From: a virus
Lineage: Duplodnaviria > Caudoviricetes
DNA length: 43,075 nt
IMG/VR virus record: IMGVR_UViG_3300037467_001389
Coordinates: 1 to 43,075 of that record
Reading direction: 5' to 3' (one strand)
Shown: one piece after another, positions 26,716-33,760 of the stretch
Layout: each line of letters starts with the position of its first letter
How positions within the stretch are numbered: position 1 is the stretch's first letter
The notes under the pieces: model-generated
Seen by the model: only the letters and a program-made list of their open reading frames with translations
What the model was told of the DNA's origin: nothing
Database searches by the model: none
Program-made: the position numbers and the translations under genes

Positions 26716-27894
26716 TTACTCGCCCGTCTCGCTCTTGGCCGGCGCCGGGGGCGCTGGCGTGGCTGCTGCGGTTGTTTCCATTGCCGCGCGGACGTCCTCA
26801 AGGAGAACGTGCGTGTAGAACTTGGCGGTGATGGCGATGTCGGTGTGGCCTAGCAGCACCTGAGTGCTGCGGAGGTTGCCCGTCGCGCGCAGCGTGCGGG
26901 ATCCGGTTGTATGTCGGAGATCGTGGATCCGCGCGTCGACGCCGGCCTTCTTTTTCCAGCTCCGCTTGTTAGAGCCCATCCCGTAATACGTGATCGGGTA
27001 GCGTCGGCCCTTGACGAACTGGAACGGCTCCCCGGTTTTCGGGTCCTTCGTCTTCGGGCATTTCCGGGTGCGCTGCGCCACGAAGGTGAAAACGAATTCC
27101 GGGTGATGGCCGCGGCGTGCCCACAAGATGGCGTAGGCTTCCTTTGTCAGTGGCACCGTTCGCGGTACCCCGCCCTTGCTGATGACGCGCACCACGGCCT
27201 GCTCAAAGTCGACCTGGGGCCATGTCAGGATCAGGTTGCGGCGGCGCAGGCCGGTGATGATCGCGAAGCGGCGTAGCGCGACATAGTCGGCGCTCTCGAC
27301 GGTGTCGAGCCGGCGTTCCTCGGCCACGGTGATCTCGCGCACCGGCCGCTTGGCTTCCTTCAGCCAGTGCTTTTTCCATTTCGGTTCGCGAATGATGGTC
27401 GCGTTCCAGTTGTCGCGCGCGCGGTGCATCACGCGGCTGAGGAGGCTGATGGTGGTGTAGTTGACGCGGCGATTTGAGATCGGGCGCCAGAGCTGCGTCA
27501 CCTTTCCGTTGGGCTCCTTCACCCGGCCGGCGCGGACACGGCAACGTCGGCGTGCCTCGACCAGGCGCGACACCATATCGTCGGTGACGGCGTGCAGGGG
27601 TGTGCGCGGTCCCAACTCGTCCTTGATGAATTCGAGGCTGTGCAGCAGGTCGCGTTCGCTGCCGTGCTGACCGACTTCCTGCCACCAGCGGTCGCAGGCG
27701 CGACCGAGTGTCAGCGGGGCAGAACTGGCGGCTCGGATTTCGTCGACCAGTCGGCGGGCTTTGGTTTTCTCCGCGTCCTCGACGGCCTGCGCGTCACGTT
27801 CGTCGTCACGCTTGGTCGTGCCGGAAAATCTATAACCGTCGATCTGGAAATCGAATTGGTAATACCGTGAGCCCTTGGGGCGGTAGACTGACAT
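26716..27894 (-). CDS. int: Tyrosine integrase
   Basis: TGLR, SKGG, HDLRHT, LGH and C-terminal Tyr; GGAG SD; transcribed toward attP. Confidence 0.97.
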   Translation of the reverse strand: MSVYRPKGSRYYQFDFQIDGYRFSGTTKRDDERDAQAVEDAEKTKARRLVDEIRAASSAPLTLGRACDRWWQEVGQHGSERDLLHSLEFIKDELGPRTPLHAVTDDMVSRLVEARRRCRVRAGRVKEPNGKVTQLWRPISNRRVNYTTISLLSRVMHRARDNWNATIIREPKWKKHWLKEAKRPVREITVAEERRLDTVESADYVALRRFAIITGLRRRNLILTWPQVDFEQAVVRVISKGGVPRTVPLTKEAYAILWARRGHHPEFVFTFVAQRTRKCPKTKDPKTGEPFQFVKGRRYPITYYGMGSNKRSWKKKAGVDARIHDLRHTTGSRTLRATGNLRSTQVLLGHTDIAITAKFYTHVLLEDVRAAMETTAAATPAPPAPAKSETGE

Positions 27895-28124
27895 GGCGAC
27901 TCCAGCGTCTCGAAAAACCGCCGCACGTCGTCGATCGTGAATACAAAGCGCGGCTTGGTCCGGCCGAAGCCTTTGATGCGGCCGACCAGATTCCCGGCGA
28001 CACGATGCTTCCGAAGCGTCTTTTCGTCCATAGGGATCAGGGCTGCCAGTTCCGGCATGCCGAGGGTAGCCCGGTGCTCGAAGGCGGCGAGAATGGCCGG
28101 AGGGACGTTCGAAATCGTACTCAT
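27711..28124 (-). CDS. xis: Excisionase-like HTH protein
   Basis: MerR/Xis-like ELAALIPMDEKTLRKH..G.L....G motif; upstream of and overlapping int. Confidence 0.7.
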   Translation of the reverse strand: MSTISNVPPAILAAFEHRATLGMPELAALIPMDEKTLRKHRVAGNLVGRIKGFGRTKPRFVFTIDDVRRFFETLESPCQSTAPRAHGITNSISRSTVIDFPARPSVTTNVTRRPSRTRRKPKPADWSTKSEPPVLPR

Positions 28125-28390
28125 GCCGCCGCCTTCCGCGTGTCAGGTGCCGCTAGAATCGCCCGGATCAGCGCCCAGCCGCGTTCGGTCGGCCGGTAGA
28201 ATGGGCCGCGGGATCCTTCGTCGGGGATGGTGCGATACCAGATCTCGACGATCTCGCGACGCCACAGCGGCGCCATGGCCTCGCGTTGATCGCGTCGCAG
28301 CGTGACCTGGCCGCCATTGCTGCAGCAGATCGCGAGGTGTTTCAACGTCGCGATCTGCCGATTGCTGAGGCGTTCGGCGCTCAGAGACAT
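28121..28390 (-). CDS. Hypothetical winged-helix-like protein
   Basis: LSNRQIATL...L.RR..VE...YRPTERG pattern; coupled to its neighbours. Confidence 0.6.
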   Translation of the reverse strand: MSLSAERLSNRQIATLKHLAICCSNGGQVTLRRDQREAMAPLWRREIVEIWYRTIPDEGSRGPFYRPTERGWALIRAILAAPDTRKAAA

Positions 28391-28947
28391 TCGCCGATCA
28401 CCTCGCGCTTGAGCGCGGCGCATTTGTCCGCGCTCCATTGCACCTCGCCGAACAGCGCGACGATCCACCAGCGATCGCCGCTGTGCTTCGGTGGAATGAC
28501 GGTCGCGTGCAAACCGCGACGCGTGCAGACTTTCAACGGTCCATTGATCTCTTCGACCGTGCCGGCGCTGACGGGATCGTTGGTCCCGCCGTTGCATGCG
28601 CGACCGTTCTTGTCCGATCGCCAAAAGGCGATCGTTGCTCCCTGCGATTGCAGCTCCTGCAATCGCTTCTGTTGAATGTCTGGCCACTTCCGGGCGAAGC
28701 CCGGAATAGTGGCCAGCCAATATTCTTTGGAGCCGTCGCCGTCGCCGTAGCCGTAGCCGTCGCCGTCGCCGTAGCCGTCGCCGTCGCCGTAGCCGTCGCC
28801 GGAGCCGGAGCCGTAGCCGTCGCCGTAGCCGTAGCCGTCGCCGTAGCCGGAGCCGTAGCCGTCGCCGTAGCCGTAGCCGTCGCCGGAGCCGAATAGTTCG
28901 GAGTGCGGGGCTTCGCCCCGCACGAGTTTTGCCGACGTCACTTCCAT
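28381..28947 (-). CDS. Gly-X (GY/GD/GS) repeat protein with C-terminal globular domain
   Basis: 27 Gly-X dipeptides followed by a domain containing C..RGLHA. Confidence 0.75.
   Translation of the reverse strand: MEVTSAKLVRGEAPHSELFGSGDGYGYGDGYGSGYGDGYGYGDGYGSGSGDGYGDGDGYGDGDGYGYGDGDGSKEYWLATIPGFARKWPDIQQKRLQELQSQGATIAFWRSDKNGRACNGGTNDPVSAGTVEEINGPLKVCTRRGLHATVIPPKHSGDRWWIVALFGEVQWSADKCAALKREVIGECL
28729..28890 (-). repeat. 27-unit hexamer tandem repeat GGC(TAC/GAC/TCC)
   Basis: Read directly: 162 nt; every unit is GGC plus TAC, GAC or TCC. Confidence 0.97.
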
Positions 28948-29270
28948 GGCGCGGCCTCGAACAGCTTCACCGCGACGTCGGTCACCAGCGCCATGGACGT
29001 CACGTCGCGCACCGCGATGTCAGCGGCCGGGCCGATGCGCGCGCCCGCCTGCGGTCCCATGTTCGCGAGACCCATGAAGCCGCGATTGGACGCCGGCCAG
29101 TATACGACGTTGCGGCCATCGCGCAGATGAATCACCGCTGCGTCGTCGGCGTCGCGGGTGTAGCCGAAGAACACGCCGCGGTGCTGCGTGGTCACCAGCA
29201 CGGCGCGCTCGGCCGGCAAGGCCACGGTTTTGGTGCTGTTCGGCTTCTTTCGGTTCGGGTGGTTGATCAT
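28938..29270 (-). CDS. DUF6948-like phage protein
   Basis: VLVTT..RGVFFG, L..GR...YW, GLA..GP motifs. Confidence 0.65.
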   Translation of the reverse strand: MINHPNRKKPNSTKTVALPAERAVLVTTQHRGVFFGYTRDADDAAVIHLRDGRNVVYWPASNRGFMGLANMGPQAGARIGPAADIAVRDVTSMALVTDVAVKLFEAAPWK

Positions 29271-29322
29271 GCTCTCTTTGCTTTCTCGCCCCTGGGATCC
29301 CGCGAGGCGCCGGGACGCAGGG

Positions 29323-29616
29323 TTACGAGGTGAAAAAGGCTCCGGCCGCCGGGGCCAAGGATCTGGGGGTTGGGGAAGCCGCGGCGGCCGGCTCGTCCGC
29401 TTGCGCGGGGAGCTCCGAGGAAAGGGGCGGTGAGGCGAGGGTGACGCGGTCGCCGAAGCGAATGGCTAATCCGCGATCGATCAGATCGGCAACGGCAGGA
29501 TCCTCGACGCGGCGCGTGCCGAACCGCCAGCGCTGACGCTGCGCGTCGCGTGTGAAATCGCCATGACGTAGCAGGCGAAGCAGCAAGCGTTGATGGTTCG
29601 TGAGCGCCGGCGTCAT
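29323..29616 (-). CDS. Hypothetical protein
   Basis: ATGA-coupled; LT.HQR.LL...V..LIDRGLA pattern; C-terminus runs through a terminator-like hairpin. Confidence 0.55.
   Translation of the reverse strand: MTPALTNHQRLLLRLLRHGDFTRDAQRQRWRFGTRRVEDPAVADLIDRGLAIRFGDRVTLASPPLSSELPAQADEPAAAASPTPRSLAPAAGAFFTS
29333..29391 (-). terminator. Candidate intrinsic terminator in the leftward operon
   Basis: 10-bp stem CCGGCCGCCG/CGGCGGCCGG with a long C-rich loop, followed by AGCCTTTTT on the minus strand. Confidence 0.45.
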
Positions 29617-29882
29617 GAATGCCCCGCGCGTTCGTGTTGCGGGGCAGGTTGCGGGCCGTCTGGCCAAGTCGCCGTCGCGCCGGTCCGCTCGGCGATGATA
29701 TCGGACACCGCCTCCTTCATCATCGCCATGAATCGCTCTTTGCGGTCCGGATTGGCGACGAAGCGCATCGCGATCGAGCCGAGCAAAATCGCGCCGTCCA
29801 TCGTGTCCGGCATCGCGTAGTACGCATTCCAGAAGTTGCCTTCGTGGCGCATCGCTAGGCGGCCGATCGTGGTGCTTGTCAC
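29613..29882 (-). CDS. Hypothetical phage protein
   Basis: GTGA-coupled; GRLAMRHEG.FWNAYYA...PAP.HERAG motif. Confidence 0.7.
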   Translation of the reverse strand: MTSTTIGRLAMRHEGNFWNAYYAMPDTMDGAILLGSIAMRFVANPDRKERFMAMMKEAVSDIIAERTGATATWPDGPQPAPQHERAGHS

Positions 29883-30382
29883 TTCGCACCCTCTTTCGCG
29901 GCGGCGTCGCGGATCGCGGGAAAGTCTTCGCCCAGACTTTCGAATGAATAGCCGGCCTTTTGTTCGGCGATCCACGCAGACATGTGCTCGATGTGGCGGA
30001 TCGCAGTGCGTAGCGCCTGACGCAGCGCCGAATTCTCTTTGCCACGCTCGTCGGCGATCGAAAGGGCGCGGCGCTTCGCCGCCTGCACTCGATCAATCTC
30101 GCTCGCTCCGCCCGACGCTCCGCTTTGATCGGTGCCGATCGCTGTGAGGGCCGTCGCGCAAAACTCGCGGATCCAGTCTGCCGCGGCACGCTTGGCGTCG
30201 TCTTCCGTATCGTAAGCGCCATGTTGGGTGACCGTGTCGCCGCCGTTGATGCCTTCGGCGGAAACGTGAAACACCCAGCCGCAGCCACGATCGCGCTGGT
30301 CCGTCGTGTCCAGTTTCACGAATTGGCCGATGTCGAGACTCGAACCCGAGCCGAATTCACGTCGCTGCCAGCCGTTGCTCAT
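29879..30382 (-). CDS. Hypothetical protein
   Basis: 167 aa, coupled at both ends. Confidence 0.6.
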   Translation of the reverse strand: MSNGWQRREFGSGSSLDIGQFVKLDTTDQRDRGCGWVFHVSAEGINGGDTVTQHGAYDTEDDAKRAAADWIREFCATALTAIGTDQSGASGGASEIDRVQAAKRRALSIADERGKENSALRQALRTAIRHIEHMSAWIAEQKAGYSFESLGEDFPAIRDAAAKEGAK

Positions 30383-30540
30383 GCCGGCACCTGCTGCGGT
30401 TCGTTCAGCGCGGCCTCGACGGCGGCGAGCGTCGCCTCAAAGGCGCGCTGCTGCTGCTGCCATTCGGCGAGAGCCACGTTGGCCTCGAGCTGGGTGCAGG
30501 TGGCGAGGTTGTCGCGCTCGGAAATCGGTGCGGGCATCAT
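30379..30540 (-). CDS. Small hypothetical protein
   Basis: GGGGA SD; ATGA overlaps at both ends. Confidence 0.5.
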   Translation of the reverse strand: MMPAPISERDNLATCTQLEANVALAEWQQQQRAFEATLAAVEAALNEPQQVPA

Positions 30541-30681
30541 CGTGCGGTCCCCGTGGATAACGTGGCTGTTGCAACCCATGCAGCGTTGAAAAGAGCAAAA
30601 TGAACGGACGGCGCGCGGCCGATTCGCAGTCGAACCGCGCGCCTGGAATCCCCTTCGAGGAAAGCAAAGAGGACTCGTTCG

Positions 30682-30981
30682 ATGGCCGGCCTTGATCTCA
30701 AAAATATCGGCTTGGAAGATTGGTGGCAGGCGCTAACGGCCGCCGGCCTCGCCATCGTGGTGGCGTCCGTCGCCGTCAAGTTCGTGCCCACGATATTGAT
30801 CGGGCTCGGCGTTCTGCTGTTCGGCATCGGCGAATGGCGAAACCATCCGCTGCAGGAGCAGGTCGGATACGGCTTCAAGATCACCGGCCATCCGCGATCA
30901 TCGAGCATGCTCGGCCTCACATGCGATGCTGTTGGCTTGGGACTCGGTGTCGCCGGATTGGTGAAGCTGTTCTTGGTCTAG
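30682..30981 (+). CDS. 3-TM membrane protein (antisense moron in the early left operon)
   Basis: GAGGA SD; three hydrophobic helices; GIGEW.NHP motif. Confidence 0.75.
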   Translation: MAGLDLKNIGLEDWWQALTAAGLAIVVASVAVKFVPTILIGLGVLLFGIGEWRNHPLQEQVGYGFKITGHPRSSSMLGLTCDAVGLGLGVAGLVKLFLV

Positions 30982-31128
30982 ACGTTCAACCGAAAAGCCG
31001 GGCGCAAATACAATGCTCCCGGCAGGAAGGCGCGTTCCAACTCGGCGTTCACTGATGATCAGCGGCTCGCCTTCGGGCCACACTGTTTCGAAGATGTGTT
31101 TGAACCAGGCGAGCATCGCCTGCCTCAC
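30898..31128 (-). CDS. Hypothetical protein (possible coupling ORF)
   Basis: GTGA-coupled to the first PL gene; 3' end overlaps the antisense gene. Confidence 0.4.
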   Translation of the reverse strand: MRQAMLAWFKHIFETVWPEGEPLIISERRVGTRLPAGSIVFAPGFSVERLDQEQLHQSGDTESQANSIACEAEHAR

Positions 31129-31406
31129 GTCATCGCGGAGAGGGCGTGGGCCTGGCGGGCGGCGGCGCGGCCGAGGCGACCGATCTGGTCCTGGGTGAAG
31201 CCCAGTGTTTCCAGATCGTCGGCGGAAATGCCGCCCTCGCGATAACCGGCGGCGCGCATGTCCTCGGCCATCTGCCGGGTCGCGGCGTCGTCGGACATCG
31301 CCGCGCGCGGCGGCACCAGCGAGGTCGAGATGAAATTCGGTACGTTATGGAAGGGGCGAGGGGTAGTTCGGGCCGAAGGCCGGGGCGGACGCGAGGTGCG
31401 GCGCAT
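31125..31406 (-). CDS. First gene of the leftward early operon, hypothetical
   Basis: GGGAG SD; MA.DM.....G.S..DL..LGFT..QI motif. Confidence 0.65.
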   Translation of the reverse strand: MRRTSRPPRPSARTTPRPFHNVPNFISTSLVPPRAAMSDDAATRQMAEDMRAAGYREGGISADDLETLGFTQDQIGRLGRAAARQAHALSAMT

Positions 31407-31436
31407 AGGGTGTCTCCCGTTGTTTCACGGGAAACA

Positions 31437-31505
31437 GGTACAATATGTACCTTAATAAAACAAGTACAAAATGTACCTGTTGGAGCCGGTGGTCATTTCT
31501 GTACC
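31437..31505. promoter_or_regulatory. OL operators (three 15-bp sites) and PL
   Basis: GGTACAATATGTACC 31437, AGTACAAAATGTACC 31463, GGTCATTTCTGTACC 31491 in an AT-rich intergenic region. Confidence 0.85.
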
Positions 31506-31527
31506 GAAAGGGTTGGCTGAACGACCC

Positions 31528-32163
31528 CTATTGTCTTGTTGTTCGGCGGGGGAGTGATCTGCGACGACGCCTGACCGCAATAAGTGGGCCGGCCGAGTGA
31601 ATCTGTACATCGCGTATGGTGGCGGCATTGTGCGAGACGAGATTGTAGCGTCCAGCTTTTGAGCCGCGCTCGATTACCTTGAAGAACCGCCGTCCGTCCT
31701 CGAGGAGAACGCCGCACTCCTCGCCGATTAGCGAACTGATGTCCTCGGTCGCAGGGCCGACTATGACGAAATCGCCATGACGGGCGAGCGGCATCATCGA
31801 ATCCCCGTCCGCTTCGAAGGCCGTAGCGCCAGGCACAGAAATATCTGTTGGAATCGGATCTTCGTTCCCGGGCGTCTCAAAGACCATCATTTCCTGACCG
31901 GCGCCGATTTTGCCGAGCAGTGGGATTTCGCCCATCCCTGACGGTTTCCCGTCACCGAACATCACCCAGCCGGGCGCCACCTTGTGATACCGGGCAATTT
32001 TGAGCGCGTGTTCGGGTGTCAGATTGCGAGTTTCAGATGCGGTGTGCGAGGCGATCTTCTTGAAAACTTCGTATCCGATGCCGTAGGCGCGCGCGGCGGC
32101 AGCGACTGATTTGAACTTGCCGCGCTTCATCAGGTAGGCGATTCGGTCGGACATATCGCTCAT
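31528..32163 (-). CDS. cI: CI-like repressor (HTH + S24 autopeptidase)
   Basis: N-terminal HTH, W..FGDG, GKIGAG cleavage site, GDSMMP Ser and FK Lys catalytic dyad. Confidence 0.93.
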   Translation of the reverse strand: MSDMSDRIAYLMKRGKFKSVAAAARAYGIGYEVFKKIASHTASETRNLTPEHALKIARYHKVAPGWVMFGDGKPSGMGEIPLLGKIGAGQEMMVFETPGNEDPIPTDISVPGATAFEADGDSMMPLARHGDFVIVGPATEDISSLIGEECGVLLEDGRRFFKVIERGSKAGRYNLVSHNAATIRDVQIHSAGPLIAVRRRRRSLPRRTTRQ

Positions 32164-32236
32164 GGTCCAACTTGTACCCATCTGCCGGGTACAAGTTGGA
32201 CCTTTTGCTTGACGAATCATCGGTACAAAAAGTACC
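32164..32236. promoter_or_regulatory. OR operators (three 15-bp sites) with PR/PRM
   Basis: GGTCCAACTTGTACC 32164, GGTACAAGTTGGACC 32188, GGTACAAAAAGTACC 32222; TTGACG -35 at 32209. Confidence 0.88.
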
Positions 32237-32244
32237 GAATTGTC

Positions 32245-32526
32245 ATGGGCACCTATCTCTCTCATCGTAACATCATCGACGCTTGGCCGCGGCTCGGCGA
32301 TTTCGCCGACGATCTTGGCATTTCCTATGGAAACGCGAAGGCGATGCGCCGCCGTGACCGCATCGGCCTCGAGTACGTGACCAAAGTTGTCGCGGCGGCT
32401 GAGGCTCGCGGCATCGACGGGGTGACGGCGGCGCTGATCGCGCGGCTCGCGTCCGACAAGGCAGCGGCAGCAAAGCTCGCCGACGATCGTTCCCAGCAGA
32501 CTTCAGATCAACAGGTGGCATCATGA
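32245..32526 (+). CDS. cro: Cro-like repressor
   Basis: IIDAWP...FADDLGISY..AKAMRRR..I HTH; divergent from cI. Confidence 0.85.
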   Translation: MGTYLSHRNIIDAWPRLGDFADDLGISYGNAKAMRRRDRIGLEYVTKVVAAAEARGIDGVTAALIARLASDKAAAAKLADDRSQQTSDQQVAS

Positions 32527-32924
32527 GCGCGAAGCTACGCGCTGCGCCTGCGCGCGGCAAAAAACGTCGGGTCCCGAACGGGACTCAAGTCGCCCCGATC
32601 GGGACTCACATTTCTCCGGTCATGCAGAAAGTGCAGAGCTTGATGCCTTCGGTTAAGGCCGGGGAATATCTCGCGTATTTGACCGATCAGAACGTCCAGC
32701 AGTGTCGAAAAGTGCTGCGTGGAGAACGTCCCGAAAATCTCGAACTGATCACCGCGCTTTTGCGCTCCGAACACGGCCGCGAGGTTCTGTTCGCCCTGAT
32801 GGGTGACGCCAACCCGACGTGGTTCGAGAAGTACCGCAAGCAGCTCGACGTCAATGCCGCACGCCGCAAGGTCACCGAGACCCTGCGCGACCTTGAGCGT
32901 CTTCAGGCGGAGGCCGCGGAATGA
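32523..32924 (+). CDS. CII-like regulator
   Basis: Follows cro; LAYLT.......K.L.G HTH-like segment, LLRSE.G..VL..LMGDA.P.W motif. Confidence 0.6.
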   Translation: MSAKLRAAPARGKKRRVPNGTQVAPIGTHISPVMQKVQSLMPSVKAGEYLAYLTDQNVQQCRKVLRGERPENLELITALLRSEHGREVLFALMGDANPTWFEKYRKQLDVNAARRKVTETLRDLERLQAEAAE

Positions 32925-32939
32925 TCAGGTTCGCGAACG

Positions 32940-33191
32940 TCAAGATGGCGGACTCGTCGGAGTGGTCAGATCAATTTTGCCCGCTGCATCAGTTAGCGCC
33001 GTCGCAAGTTCAATTGCTTGAGCAGGTGTCAACACCAGCTGCGCACGTCCGGATGGTTTTTGGAATTCATCCCCGGGACGCAAGTAATCCAGTTTCACGA
33101 CGATGGACATCCCCATCGCCAGCATCGTCGCATAGCCTGTCAGCGGGTGAACAATGATGTTGCCCGTCTCGCGATCTGTTTCCCAATCCAC
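32940..33191 (-). CDS. BssS-like small protein (antisense moron)
   Basis: GTG with GGAGAGGA SD; 83 aa; HPL.G...L.Y..P...Q..LT...A......L.....KI pattern as in BssS. Confidence 0.65.
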   Translation of the reverse strand: MDWETDRETGNIIVHPLTGYATMLAMGMSIVVKLDYLRPGDEFQKPSGRAQLVLTPAQAIELATALTDAAGKIDLTTPTSPPS

Positions 33192-33332
33192 TGAGCAATC
33201 CTCTCCATCGGTTGGTTTGAGCACCCCGATGGTAGCCGAGTCGGACGTGGTGCCGCCCTCCGCGTCCGGCTCGGCGCGTTCGTTCGATCCGGCCCGCGCC
33301 GCCGATGTCCTCAAGCAGGCGAGAGCGTCGTG

Positions 33333-33512
33333 ATGCTGGCTGATCTCAACTCCTATGTAGCCGATCTGCCGACCGCCATTGGTTACGGCACGCTGCTGGT
33401 TGGTCTGTTGGTGATCCTGCTGGCGGCAGTGTGGCCGCTCGACCGCGCGGCGAAGCCCGATCCGATGGCGGATGCTTTCGGCGACTGGCCTCACATCGAT
33501 CCGAGGGTGTGA
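33333..33512 (+). CDS. Small single-TM protein
   Basis: TGATG-coupled; hydrophobic helix then P...FGDWP motif. Confidence 0.55.
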   Translation: MLADLNSYVADLPTAIGYGTLLVGLLVILLAAVWPLDRAAKPDPMADAFGDWPHIDPRV

Positions 33513-33760
33513 TGGCAGAGCGAGACCTCATCGAGCTTTTGGTCGCCGTTCACTTCGATCCGCCCGAAGGCAAGGCGGTGCTGGTGTCCGACACCGGCCG
33601 CGCCGCCCAGGCGAAGTGGCTGCCGAAACGGCTTCTGAATTCCTTTCATCTCACCGGCAAGACGACGCAGGGCGAGGATCGCTCCGGGCGTCGCGTCACG
33701 CTGCCGATGGCTCATCTGACCTGTCCTGAGTGGCTGGCAAAGCGCGAGGGGCTGATCTGA
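33512..33760 (+). CDS. Hypothetical phage protein
   Basis: KAVLVSD.G.....WLPK...PEWLA..EGLI motif, a widespread phage family. Confidence 0.7.
   Translation: MAERDLIELLVAVHFDPPEGKAVLVSDTGRAAQAKWLPKRLLNSFHLTGKTTQGEDRSGRRVTLPMAHLTCPEWLAKREGLI

Noticed and set aside
28729-28890. Possible CRISPR array
   Set aside because: Hexamer microsatellite without spacers; no cas genes in the window.
28438-28896. + strand ORF with a long (VA)n hydrophobic tract
   Set aside because: It is the reverse reading of the Gly-X hexamer repeat; the minus-strand gene fits the operon.
32164-32202. Perfect 16-bp inverted repeat as a terminator or MITE end
   Set aside because: Each arm matches the 15-bp operator consensus found at four other sites.
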